From: Welwitschia mirabilis
Lineage: Eukaryota
Reading direction: 5' to 3'
Assembly (NCBI GenBank): GCA_051453625.1
Contig: JBOZIK010000001.1
Span: 5,751,206-5,785,963 of the forward strand
Length of the DNA stretch: 34,758 bases
Part shown: piece by piece, positions 22,700-34,758 of the stretch
How positions within the stretch are numbered: position 1 is the stretch's first letter
How the letters are laid out: each line of letters begins with the position of its first letter
Made by a program: the position numbers and the translations under genes
Notes under the pieces: generated by a model
Told to the model about the DNA's origin: nothing
Databases searched by the model: none
Seen by the model: the letters and a program-made list of their open reading frames with translations, nothing else

Positions 22700-25600
22700 T
22701 TTCAGATCCCCATACCCTTAGAGGATTTAAGAAATTTCATTAAACATTAACTTGATTAGTGTTATTTAGAATGATTTAGAAAACACATTAGCATCATCTT
22801 AAAACTATCTAATCATTTCAAAAAAGACTTAAAATTTAAGTTTAAAGGTGATTAAAGTCTTCCTTAATGTTAAACTATTAAAAAATGTTGTAGAAGCATA
22901 AACATTAGGATCTCATTAAAAAATTAATGATAAAGTAAATTCATTCTTTTAAAATTTGACTAGAAATAATATCCTACTCAGAGTAATTTAATAGGTGAGA
23001 TTACCTTCTAAGACTATAATTTATTTTAGTATTTATTCTTTTATTAAAACCTACTTTTACCATTTTTTATTAGCTTTTCAAACTATAAGAACCTTGGAAA
23101 GCAGTACTAAAAGGGTTCATTGTGGTTTATATGAGGAAGGTTTCACTAATTTACTTATTAAAGTTTTTTCTTAAAAAATTATTTTACTAATACCTAGGGT
23201 TATCCTTTTATATTACCTTTTCAAAGTCCAAAAACTTTGGAAAGTGGTGCTAAAGAGTTATTTAGGGTTTGTAAGAACCTTTTCACTTATTAAAACTTTT
23301 TCTTAAAAGTTTTTAATTAAAACCTGAGGTTACCATTCTATATTATCTTTTCAAAGTTTAAAAACTTTGAAAAGTAGTGCTAAAATAGTTCCTTAGGATG
23401 TACGTAAGAACATTTTCACTTATTAAACCTTTATCTTAAAATTTATTTTATTAAAACTTAAATTTATCCTTTTATATAAGATTTTCAAATTTTAAGAACT
23501 TTGGAAAGTAGTGCTAAAAGAATTCCTTAGGGATTTATATAATGTGATTTAAATTAAAAACCTATTTCTTTGTAATTATAAAAGAGCATTTTCATAGCAT
23601 AAAAATAAATTTTACAAATAAATATGTAATTACTTTGGAAAAATTTTCAAAAAGGTAACTTGCATTTAACATTAAATACATCTAAATAAGAGCCTATATT
23701 ATATTAAAATTAACTATTACAAAAGAAATTATACTAGATATCTAATAATGAAAAGAGCTAAAATAAAATTAAATATACCATTTTAAAAGATAATATTTAT
23801 TATAGGGAAAAAAAGCTAATCACTAGTTGGCATATGTTGCCATTTTCAATTATTTTAAAAGCTAACTAACCTAAAAAAAGTTATTTATATCTAGACATGA
23901 TAGCATAAATAAAGAAAAGAGTAGAATAAAATGCAAAAGTCTAGTTTATACAACACATAAGCAAAGCTCTACATGTAGGGCTGAAATAAAAGAATATATA
24001 CAAACCCAAAAATCTAAGTCCAATAGGAAGGAATTTACAAGAAATGAATCCTAACTGATAATAACCTAGGAAGAAAAATTTGTAATGCATTTCTAAGAAG
24101 ATCTATTAATAGCACCATTTCTAACACTTTTTAACTCTTCTAATAGGCATTTCAAAAGCTTAGGAACTTCTAAAATTTTAGTTTAGGATATTTGCATACA
24201 ATGAAGAGGGGCTAACTCAATGTTGTACCTATAAAAACCTCAACAACATAATCTTATTCCCTTTTATCCCTTTAATATACATTTTAGAAGCTTAAGTACT
24301 TCCAAAATTATATGCAAAAGAGGTTACAAGTTAAGAAAAATGTTGCAAAAGAGGTGTAAGAGTGCTAGAAAATATGAGAGAGTAAAAGAAGTTATAAGAT
24401 AATGATTAGAAAGAGGAGAAGGATTGATTGAATTCGAGAGGGGTCGAGAAACTTAAGGTGGGAGGAGACAGGCCAAGAACATTTGTGAAGGTAAGGAGGA
24501 TGGATGGATTTGATATAGATAGACAAAGGAAGAGGATCTTCAAGAAGCTCAATAGGGGTCTTTTCTGAAGTAGGAAGTGGGATTATTGAGGTGGAGGGAC
24601 TAGGTCAAGAGGAAGGAGGAAATAAATAAAAATTCTTATGGGAAAGGAGAGAGTGAATAAAGTAGTGGGGAGAAAAGAGAGAAAGGGGATAAAGTGATTC
24701 AAGAGAAGGATCAAAAAACTCAAGAAGAAATATCAAGAACCCTTTTGAGGGGAAAGGGAGGACAAGGGAAGGGTTTGATAGATCAAGAGGGGAGGGGGCT
24801 CAAAAGCCTTGATGAAGGTTAAGTAATTAAGAAAAGAATAAAATAAAATTCAAATGATAACGACTTCTTCCAATTATTAACATCAATAAGAAAAATTTTC
24901 AAAAAAAGTAAAATACATAGATGTGAATTTCCAGTGAGGGATAAAAATACATTTTTCATTAAATTACATTATAATAGTAATACAAATGGTTCTTATTTTT
25001 ATTTTTTTTTTTGATAAAATAAGTTAGACACATATAGGACATTATAAAATTAGCATAAAGGATATTTTTTCTTTGAACTAAAAATACTACATTACACTTA
25101 CAACATTTTACATTATAGGACCTCAAAAATTAAGGGAGAAGATAACACTCTCTTATCAGATTTCCCCCACCACTACGTAATGGTTAACTTATTAAATAAT
25201 CCCTATACTTGTGATAAAATGATATAGATGAGAACTATGAAAAACCTAGTTATCAATATAACCCAAGTGAGGAGAAGAGGGTTTTAGGAAGGTCTAAAGA
25301 TACTCAAAAACAAAAGAAGAGGAAGAAAACTCAAGATTTGCAAAATGAAAAGGTAACCATTTTCTTATCTTAAATTTTATGTATAATAAAATTTATAGTT
25401 TTAACAACACAGGTATGTCCTTACCAAAAGGGATTTTATTCAAGTTTTATGCAATTTTTCCTACTCTTCCTAGTATGTTACTTCCATGGTCATGAACACC
25501 TAATAGAGGTTACCTATCTAAAGTTCACATCATCTAGTTACCCTTGCTAGATTGTTATTTTTACTATTTATAAGTAAATCACAAATCTCAACTTTACTCT

Positions 25601-26201
25601 AGGGCCCAAAAAATATTATACTAAAGTTTTAGATTTAAGTAATATAGAAATTGTTAGAATTAAAAATCAGTCAAAAGAAGGAAAGATTGAAAAAATAGGT
25701 ATAAATTTCCCAAGAACTAAATATTCCAGCATTGTAAAGTAGCTTAATCACCACTTAAGAATAAAAAGGAGCTTAAACCATACTAAATAGGTAGAAAAAG
25801 TGCAAATTCTGAAATGTAAAGCCTATCGTTTAAGTTACCAAGCTAAAAATATGAATAAATTTTGAGAAAAATTGGAAAATAGACAATACCTTCAAGTTTC
25901 CTCACATTTATAGAGAAATTTGATGAAGTATCAAGTTTTTAAGAGACTGCTTTGTTTTTTCATAAACCCCCTCCTTCACACTTGTGCTTTTAAGAAAATA
26001 ATAATAAAAGTAATTTATTTTTAAAATAAAAGCAATAAATGACTTTTAATAACCATTTAAAGCCTTACCATATTTCTAAAATAACTAATCTCACATAAAA
26101 AATAATCATCTTTCCTAATCATTAACCTTAAAACTTTCTTATCCATGAGTAACTTTCATTAAATTTAATTCTTTGTTTGCTATGAAAGTAATGACATTAA
26201 A
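22700..26201 (-). repeat. 3' LTR of Tekay-like element (~3.5 kb)
   Basis: Bounded by the PPT at 26202 and by the point of homology to the 5' LTR end at 30515. Confidence 0.7.
23030..23540. repeat. ~130-143 bp tandem repeat, 4 copies, in the LTR U5 region
   Basis: CYTTGRAAAGYRGTRCTAAA at ~23092, 23235, 23365 and 23499. Confidence 0.9.
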
Positions 26202-26215
26202 ATTATCTCCTCCTT
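26202..26215 (-). promoter_or_regulatory. Polypurine tract of Tekay-like element
   Basis: Minus-strand AAGTTTTCAAAGGAAACTTCTTAAGGAGGAGATAA resembles the Tekay-type AATTTCGAGGACGAAATT...TAAGGGGGGAGAA. Confidence 0.75.
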
Positions 26216-26239
26216 AAGAAGTTTCCTTTGAAAACTTGT

Positions 26240-29200
26240 AAAAATTTTAGCTTTCCATTGTAAAATGTCTATTTTATGTTCCCATGTTGCTTTTGCTTTA
26301 GTTTGACCTAACTTGACTATTGCACTTTGTATAGTTGAATTTTTCTTTGTCTAAGTTCAACTTTATTTTTGTCAAAAATTTTAATTGGTTAAAATTAAAA
26401 GTACAATTAGGTAAAATATTTATTTTTTACATAGGAATTATCTTTATCACATCAAACATACATATTCTTAATAAGAAGACATGAAAAATGTTATGAAGGG
26501 TTGATAATTATGGTGGTAAAGCTAGATCATAGGCCATAGGATCAACTCTTTTGTTATCTAAAATAGTTCTATAAATATTTATATTAACTTGCCCTTCTTA
26601 CTAGAATTAAATATACCTTTAAAAGGAGATATCTCAAGGAAAACATGGTCTTCTTCTTCAAATTACACATGCCTTCTCTTCATATCAGCATATTTAGATT
26701 GTCTATCTATTACTTTTAGTAGCATCTACTTAATTAAATTGATTTTTGCTTTTAATTTTTAAATAGAGGAAACTTTTAATAGCTTATTATTAGCTACATT
26801 GAATTAATATTTTAGTGTTCTACAAACTCTTCCATAAAGAGCTTCAAATGATGCATACCCAAGATCCACTAATATTCAAACTTACTAATCTTAATAAATA
26901 TTATAAAATCTAATTACTTTTTTCTGTCTATTCACCTATTTAAGGATAAAATTCTATATTTAAATTTAACTTAGTGCCAACCTCCTCATTAAATATTGTC
27001 CAAAACCTGGATGTAAACTTACTATCCCAATTTGAAATAGTTACTTTAGATATTCCATCAAGCCTTATTATGTTTCTTATGTATTCCTTTATAATTATTT
27101 CAACTAAATGTAGTTTTAATAAGATAAAAATGTGCATATTTTGTTAACAGATCCACTACCACCATTGCAGTGTTAAATCCTTCCTTTTATTTAAAGAAAT
27201 CTATAACAAAATCCACCCCACTAGTCTCTCATTTTCATTTTAGTACTTCATGAGGATATAAAGTTCTTATTTGGTTTCTATTGTCTAATTTAACTAGTTG
27301 ATAAATTATATATTTTAACAATTAGTTCACTATTTCAGATTTCATTCCTAACCATTAATAATATTACTTGATGTATTTACACATTTCATTAACCCATAGG
27401 TGAATAGAGTACTTGGTTATATGAAATTCATCAAAAATCATATTCTTAATATGCGTAAATTTAGCTACCATAACTCTACTAAAACGGTTTACTAAATCTA
27501 AATTAGATATATCAAATCCATCTATTCCTTCTATAATATTTTTTCATAAGGGATAATATCATTGAGCATTAAGTAGTATCCCATAAAAACCAGTGTTTAC
27601 CTTTAGGCTATGAATTATATACTTGTTTACATCCAAAGCATTAGCTACTACATTTTCTTTATCTGCATGGAGATTTACTGTTACATCATAATCTTATAAT
27701 AACTCTATCCATCTTTTCTACCTAAGCTTTAGATTATACTAGATATGAATATAGCTCAAATTCTTATGGTTTGTCCAAATTTATATATTCTCTCTATAAA
27801 GATAATGCCTCCAAGGTTTTAGTGCATAAATTGCTTTAGATAATTTCAAATTATGTTTCAAATTATGAACGGGATAATTCTTTATATGATATTTTAATGT
27901 CATAGAGGCATAAGTAATAACCTTACTATATTACATAAAACTACTTCTTTCATCTCCTAATGTATTAATAAAAACTATATAAGGCTTCCTTAATTTTAGC
28001 ATCTTGAAGTAAGGATTAACTTAAACATTTAAAAATCTTTTTCACATTAATTAGTCCATGTAAATTAAGTATATTTTTTAATAGAGATATTAAAGCAATA
28101 TAAATCTTAGAAACGTTTTCAATATAACTTCTATAATAACTTGCAAGACCATGAAAACTCCTTACTTCTATTACTGATTCTGATCTAGGCCAATCCACTA
28201 CTACTTAGACCTTATTGGAATCTACACTAACTTCTTCTTATGATATTAGATTACCCAAAAATTTAATTTTTGATATCCAAAACTCATATTTTTCTAGATC
28301 TATATAGATTTCATTTCATCTTAAAGTATCCAATACTAACCTTAGATACTGCTCATGAGCTTTCTTTATTAGAGAGTATACTAGTACATCATCAATAATG
28401 ACTCTAATAAATTCATTTAAGTAATATATAAACATATTATTTATCATTACCATAAATGCAACTATAATATTTATGATACCAAATGAAATAACCTTGAATA
28501 CAAAATGTTCTTACTAGGCTTTAAAGGTAGTTTTGAAAATGTTATCTTCCTTTATTCCAAGCTGGTAATATCTTGGTTTAAGATCCATTTTAAAGAAGAC
28601 TTTTGAATATTTTAATTTATCAAATAGATCTTCTATTATTAGTAAGGAATAGTTATTATTAACCATTAATTTAGCATTTTGTAATCTTTACAAAGCATTA
28701 GACCACCATCCTTCTTTTTGATAGATAAGACCCATGCACCATAAGGAGATATATTTGGTCTAACTAGGCCTTTATCTAATAAGACTATTAGCTATAATTT
28801 TAGTTTCTCTAACTCAATTAGAATTATTCTATAAGGGGCTCTAGATATGGATTTTTCATGAGGTACCAAAGATATGCCAAAATCATCTCTCCTACCAAGA
28901 GGACATCCTGGTAACTCATCTAGAAACACATCCATATACTCCTAAACTACTCTAATTTCTATAATTTTGGCTAATTTCACAAGAAGAAAATATATTTCAC
29001 TATACCAAATGTCTTCTCTTTTCTAAATTCCCTTCTTAGTTATTTAGATTTAATTAGATTTAACATAAGATAACTAAGGTTAATTGGTAGTTGGATTATT
29101 TTTTTTAAGCTCTAAAACTTTAACCTTTATAGATTAGTAGTCTATTTAAGCTTTATTCTCATGTAGCTAATTCATATCTAGAATGATATCAAAGTAATCA

Positions 29201-29420
29201 AATTCTAAAACTAGAAGCTATAGTTAAAATGTATGATCACTAATTTTCAAATTGCACATGGAAGTTTCACCAAAAGTTGTAGTTTCACTACCATCTAGAA
29301 GTTCCACTACTAATTGATTCCTATCTTAATTATGAAGAATAATCTTTGGTCTAAAAAAGGGAACTAAAGTATTCTAAAGCTTCTAGATCCAATAAAATTA
29401 TTACAAGGAGGTCTAATATG
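26240..29420 (-). pseudogene. pol: Gypsy pol relic (PR-RT-RH-INT-chromodomain)
   Basis: PR FDIILDMN*L (~29165-29200). RT KMDLKPRYYQLGI...IIDDVLVYS (28388-28399) and ORF 28016-28198 WPR...EVRSFHGLASYYR. RH ALKPWRHYLY...NVVANAL. INT ORF 26940-27137, FEALYGRVCRT, AYDLALPP, HNIFHV. Chromodomain KATWE (~26280-26293). Confidence 0.93.
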
Positions 29421-29499
29421 GTACATAAGGTTTATAGTATTATGAGAGTTTGATTATGTTTGTCAAAATTAAGGTATATATTTTCTTGGTATTATTTGA

Positions 29500-30425
29500 G
29501 GCCTCTCACCATTTCTTTCTTTGAGGGTAGTTTCTAATCATATGAGGACCTTTATAGTTATAACATCCTATTCATTTGGAGTTTTTAACTTTATTTCTTG
29601 ATGTAGACTCTAATTTTGACTAACTTAAAGATTTACCCCTTTCTTGAGGATGTTGGAACTTAATTACATTGGCCCTAACTATCTCAAATCTATTAGTATT
29701 TATTGCTTGTACTAGATGCTTAAATGATGGCCTTTTTTATGGTTATATTTTTCTACCTTGTTAAAAGTATTATTTTTCTTTCTTTAAAGTTCTTACTCCT
29801 AACCCATGATTTTTTACTAATTCAAGCTTTCTCTAGAGCTTCAATAAGAGTGCTAGGCTAAAAAATCTTATCTTGGCTTTAAATTACAGGATGCAAACAT
29901 ACAACTAATCTCCTCACTTTTATTGCTTTACTTTCAACTCTTGATGGGATAGATCTTAATAGATCCATGAATTTTCTTTCATATTAGGCCACTGTTATGA
30001 AGCCTTACTTAAGGATGTAGAAATCTTGTGCCTTTACATTCTTATAAAATTCTGATATGTACTTCACTCAAAATCTAGCCTTAAATTCTTTCGAAGATAG
30101 TTGATTTGGAAATTGAGGCCTTTCTTTGTTTTCTTTCCACTACAGAGTTATATCTTTGTTTATTTGATAAGTTAACAAGATAGCCTTCTATTCTAAAGTA
30201 AAATTAAATATCTCTAGTTCCCTTGATATAGCTATCAACTATGCTTTAGCCTCAACTACATGATCTTATCCCTTAAAGACTAAAGGGCTTATTTACTTGA
30301 ATTGCATCATCAACTTCCTAGATATCTTTGCATCATTCCTGGCATTATTTTTCTCTTGTAATTCATCTATTAAGTTGTTGACTACATTAGCTAGAGATCT
30401 AATATTAGCAAGAGGAATCATTTCT
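29500..30425 (-). pseudogene. gag: Gypsy gag relic
   Basis: Zinc knuckle CYNYKGPHMIRNYP (~29525-29568) and retrotransposon-gag-like LSSKEFKARF...FYILK*GFITVA*YEKKF. Confidence 0.8.
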
Positions 30426-30499
30426 CTTCTAGGATTCGTTAGTCAAATCCTGCAAGACCTTAAATTCTACTATTAGTAAGTAAAATTTATTAACCTAAG

Positions 30500-30511
30500 G
30501 CTCTGATATTA
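30500..30511 (-). promoter_or_regulatory. tRNA-iMet PBS of Tekay-like element
   Basis: Minus-strand TAATATCAGAGC, 3 nt from the LTR end (plus TGTCA at 30515). Confidence 0.8.
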
Positions 30512-30514
30512 AAA

Positions 30515-30805
30515 TGTCATATCCTTGTATCCTTATAGGATCTAATAAATTTTACTAGATATTGACTTAATTAAGGATTATTTGAAATGGCTTAGAAAAC
30601 ACTTAGCATCATTTTAAAACTACTTAATCATTTTAGAAAAACTTAAAGTTTAAGGATTATTAAAGTCTTCCTTAATATTAAACTTTAATAGGTGCTATAA
30701 AAATATAAACATTAAGATTTCCTTAAAGATTTAATGATGAAATAACTTATTTCTCTTAAAATTTGGCTAAGAGAATCCTACTCAGAGTAATTTAATAGGT
30801 GAGAT
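30515..30805 (-). repeat. Remnant of Tekay-like 5' LTR
   Basis: Collinear with 22700-23000. Similarity stops abruptly at ~30805. Confidence 0.85.
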
Positions 30806-31550
30806 CATGTGATTAAAGAAATAAATCTTTAGTTAGTATTGGATTCATTTCCTATTAGCAGAAATGTAATGAGATTAGTTGATTTAGGCTAATTTTATTT
30901 GAAAATGTCTTTGATTTTGAAAGACATATATAGGATGCATAAACATATTCACCTATTATATTTTTTTCCTAAGTTTAATGAGTTGATAGAAGATGTCTTT
31001 AATATATTAGACATCTATCCTAAAAGTTCTATTCTCTGTAATTAATTTTTTATTCTAAAAATAAATATTTAAAACTAAAAGATATCTATTCATTTAATCT
31101 ATAATTAATTTAATATCTATTGAGTTCTGTAAAGATGTTTTTGAGGCTAAATATTTCTATTTCATGGATCATGGACATCTATCTATTAAAAGACATCTAT
31201 CTTATAAGTCAGTTTTGAAACAAGGTTTAAAAAAATTTAAAACAAATTTTTAATGGAAAACTTAAAAGGCTAACTCATCTACTAACATGTCTAGGATAAA
31301 TAAAACAATTCAAAAGTGAATTTAAAGCTTTAAAAGCATCATTCTTTTATGATCTTTGATCACATACAAAAATCTCTTCTTTTTATTATGAAATGACATA
31401 ACAATCTCTTTAAATGATTAAATCCTTTAAGAAATCTTTAAAGATCATTAATCTTTGATTAAATTTCATAAGTATGATTTTGAATCTTTCTTATTTGATG
31501 ATATGATCTCTTATTTCATCAAAATACCCTAACCTTTAACAAATCTCAAT
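30806..31550. mobile_element. SIRE-like LTR fragment interrupting the Tekay LTR
   Basis: Cluster of AGATGTCT/AGACATCT motifs (30991, 31009, 31191 and variants), as in elements A and B. Ends and orientation uncertain. Confidence 0.45.
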
Positions 31551-32049
31551 GTATTTAGATATTAAATAAACTTCTAATTAAAGTATGAAATAAGATCGAG
31601 CTAAATTAACTTAAGCTACTAAGATATCTATTCTTGTTAAAGATTATTGAAGTAGAAATGCAATATTTATCAATATTTTAATAATTTAATGAATAATTAA
31701 TTATAAAATAAATCATAAATAAAGAACAGTAAAATGAATCTTCAATTTGATAGAATTCTATTCATCTCTTCAGGAGGAATTAATTTTTTTTAAATTTATC
31801 TCTATTTACATGTTTTATACTTGAAGTTGATGAAATACCATTCCACCTCGCTAATTTAGGATAAATTCATTTTCTTTTTATAGAAAACATAACTTCCTAA
31901 AATCTATGTTACAATAACATATAAAATAAACCTATCTAACTAATTAACACTAAGGTACACATGAAAAATAACATGTACAACATTATGCTGATTAGATCAG
32001 ACCACATAATATGAGAATCTCTTATTTGGAATTATGTTATTAGAATTTG

Positions 32050-32288
32050 CATTTTGAAATTAAATTAAGTTTACTTTGAAAAGGAATTATTCGTCTTAAT
32101 TAGAGGTAACCTCTTTGTCTTGAAATCTATCCATTATTCTTGAGCTAAGATGTATGTAAGCCTTACAACTCCTTTCTTTACTTTATCTTTGATGAAATAG
32201 TATTTGATTTCAATGTGCTTTGACTTCTTTGAAGGTTATTCTCTTAAAAAAGTAAAATGGCTGGCATGTTATCAACAAACATATCAAG
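32050..32288 (-). pseudogene. pol: Ty1/copia RNase H C-terminal fragment
   Basis: Minus-strand MFVDNMPAI...SKHIEIKYYFIKDKVKKGVVRLTYI...DFKTKRLP. Confidence 0.85.
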
Positions 32289-33184
32289 TGATATGTTATG
32301 CAAGTAAATTATATGTATTTAATAAGATATTTTAAGTAGGTTTATAAGATACTAGACAAGTTTATGCTATGTTTTAACAATAATGAAGAGCTATGGAAAA
32401 TATCATGAAAACATGCAATCTTCATTACATTTGATAGCATTTAAGGCAAATTGTAATACTTTCTATCTAAAGTAAAAATCTTGTAACCAAAGAGGCTAAT
32501 CTAACACAAGAAACATCTTTATAAAGCCCTTCGTTCACCTTATCATCTAGACGATAGAATAACTTATGCTAACTAAGATGCTTACTAGACTAATCTAGCA
32601 ACTGATATGGATCCTATATGATATTTCATCATCTCTTGTGATGTCCAAACAACTACCATGATGACATCTTAATATAACAGCTTACTAAACTTCATCAAAT
32701 TTTCACCATGTATCATATGCCTTCTTTCATAGCTGTTAGGGTTTTACTGCATTTGTTAGTATTTGCTTTTTTAGAGTCTCTATTTATGATAACTTTATCT
32801 TTTTTAGCATCAAAATTTCTCATGATAAAAGATCAAAGGGTAATCCATCCTTGTTTTTATAGAGAGATGTCTTCCTTGGTATTGGGCTATGTATCATTCA
32901 TTAAAGTGCTACTTCTTTATAAGATGAACGTTAGTTCAAATTAATTAAAAAAATATTTTTATTTTCATATCTTTTATTATGTCCATCTTCCTCATGGTTT
33001 ATATTATTCGTGATTTAGTGATAGCTTCATCTATGATATAGATCATAAGGGCAACCTTTATTAAGATTGGCATTCGTAGTTTAGATGCATTACGTTTTAT
33101 TTCCTAGATTAACTTTGCATTGTTTTATATTCTATTTGACACACCTAATAGATTAAGTTGGCCTTGGTCTAGTAATACCTTTCT
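32289..33184 (+). mobile_element. Athila-like LTR (older copy), interrupted at 33185
   Basis: Starts TGATAT exactly where RNase H similarity ends. Shares GCATTTAAGG and ATGATATAGATCATAAGGGCAACCTTTATTAAG-type blocks with the other two copies. Confidence 0.6.
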
Positions 33185-34258
33185 TGATATTGTGCTATCA
33201 ATGTACAATTATTTAATGGATTTTATGAGTTATTTTATAGGACTTTATAGAGGTTTAAGTGCAATTTTGAGGATTATGGAGATACAAGAGGAAATCTTAG
33301 AAAAATGTAGATACTATCTAAATTTAATGCATTTAAGGAACTTTCCAATGAATAGAGCTTTTCATGATGAGATGACTAAGTTTCTCCTCAAGAAAGACAT
33401 TAAAGAAGACCATTGTCTCCTCCATCGTCCACATAATAGGAAGGATGATAACTGCTTACTGGGACCACTAAGTTATTATTTTTGAGATATTTTATAATAG
33501 TATGTCTTCCTCAATGTCATCCAAATGATATCTTAGATGACACTGACATGTGACTATCACTGATAGATTTCCTTATCCATTTTCTCCATTCCTGAGCCCT
33601 TAATAAGCATGCATAACTGCACCTTCTATTTGTTAATTTCTACTATATTTTTTTATAAATAAGTCCCCCTTCAACTCTCCTAATCCATCTTCAATGAACT
33701 AGAGATTTTTGTAATAGGAGAATGAAGGGTGAGAGATTCATCTCTATGAGTTGCAAGAAGATGAATACTTAGTAGAGGGTTGAGTATCTTCTCTTGAGAT
33801 ACAGCTATTTTGTAACCCAGATGAACATTACTCTTTTAATATAAATCTTGGTTTTCTTTACATGTTTGTATGATTTGCATTGTAGGATTTCTTATAACCC
33901 TTATAGTCTTATGTTACCCAAGATCTCATGATAATTTCTTGAGTAATAGAAATTATCAAGGGCAGTCCTTGTTAGGGTTGACATGCAAGTAGGGTTACGA
34001 TTACTTTGCATTGCATGTTAGTTTAGACTGTATATTGCACTTTTCATGGTAGTTATATTTACTTGCTTTGTTATTTACTTTGATTTCTATTATTTTGTAT
34101 AAGCAACCTGAGTCTCTTTACCGATAGACTTCAATGAGATACGCCATTCGGGTCACTCCCACTATAGTAAAGTGTTGTATTATGCATAATATCTATTTTA
34201 ATTATTAATGATAAAATTTGTTTGAATGTAAAAGTATGCATAAATACACATCACAACA
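33185..34258 (+). mobile_element. Athila-like 5' LTR
   Basis: TG...CA termini (TGATAT...ACAACA), TATA TATAAATA ~33654, followed by a PBS. Homologous to 2296-3211. Confidence 0.75.
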
Positions 34259-34260
34259 AA

Positions 34261-34279
34261 TTGGCATCATTACTAGGGA
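34261..34279 (+). promoter_or_regulatory. Degenerate Athila-type PBS
   Basis: TTGGCATCATTACTAGGGA differs from the Athila-type TTGGCGCCGTTGCCGGGGA by six transitions only and lies 2 nt after the LTR CA. Confidence 0.75.
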
Positions 34280-34758
34280 AGGCTATCAAGGAGTACAAAG
34301 GTTGTCATCTTTCAGATAAGTATTCTAGTTATTTATTTACAAGGAATTATATTTTATTAGGAGCTTTAGATTCTCTGTGTGCTATATTTTAGTTTTGGTT
34401 TTTCAGATTTTGATTTTCTATAAAAAGTGTGGTCATCTCCTCTATCATTCCCATGATAGTTAGGACAACAGTATGTATTTTTATTTTCAAGTTTTTATTT
34501 GTGAATTTTAATTTTATCTACAATAAATTAGTTCTGTCATCTCCTATAACATCTAGATGATTAGGTGAATGAAAAACTTTTTCTTGTATTTTTCTACTTT
34601 CTGTTCTAGTTTCAATTGTATTTCTATTTTTCTATTTTCTATGGCCATAGTCTCTTCTGTCATCTAGATGATAGATAGGATGATGGTCTATTATTTTCTA
34701 ATCCATTTTCTATTGTTTTCTATTTTTAGAATGTTATGATATGGTTAATCTAAAGAAG
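34280..34758 (+). mobile_element. 5' untranslated internal region of the Athila-like element (runs off the window)
   Basis: T-rich non-coding sequence after the PBS, with repeated imperfect hairpin motifs. Confidence 0.55.

Larger units (their letters stand above)
22700..30805 (-). mobile_element. Degenerate Ty3/gypsy chromovirus (Tekay/Del-like); 5' LTR truncated or interrupted
   Basis: Order gag-PR-RT-RH-INT-chromodomain. PBS 30500-30511 and PPT ~26202-26215. LTR similarity between 22700-23000 and 30515-30805 (shared ATCCTACTCAGAGTAATTTAATAGGTGAGAT). Confidence 0.92.

Noticed and set aside
17701-33485. Hydrophobic ORFs 17701-17916, 20887-21162, 32708-32944 and 33120-33485 as host genes
   Set aside because: Low-complexity products of T-rich or LTR sequence, with no recognisable domain or exon structure.

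Overview
AT-rich eukaryotic (land-plant-type) repeat region with six N-gaps and no intact gene. Every ORF in the supplied track is a gap artefact, a chance ORF or a piece of a decayed retrotransposon. The window is a nest of old LTR retrotransposons damaged mostly by C>T/G>A transitions. (1) Sirevirus/SIRE-like Ty1/copia element A (minus, internal ~3925-7826) has a 5' LTR that can be rebuilt from three pieces (7827-8433, 15825-16065, 21402-21888). (2) A second SIRE-like element B with both LTRs (8434-15824) sits inside that LTR. (3) A TSD-bounded (CTTAG) gypsy-type solo-LTR unit (16066-21401) also sits inside it and holds a CpG-retaining core. (4) A Tekay-like chromovirus (minus, ~22700-30805) has a ~3.5 kb LTR. 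(5) Three Athila-like LTRs, a copia RNase H fragment and tRNA-like Pol III motifs make up the rest. The most unusual signal is two oppositely oriented tandem arrays of a ~60 bp unit made of an LTR terminus plus a tRNA-iMet primer-binding site (16066-16241 and ~20290-20604). The right array decays progressively from its outer to its inner end, suggesting LTRs that grow by capturing their own PBS. All alignments were done by eye and most boundaries are approximate.
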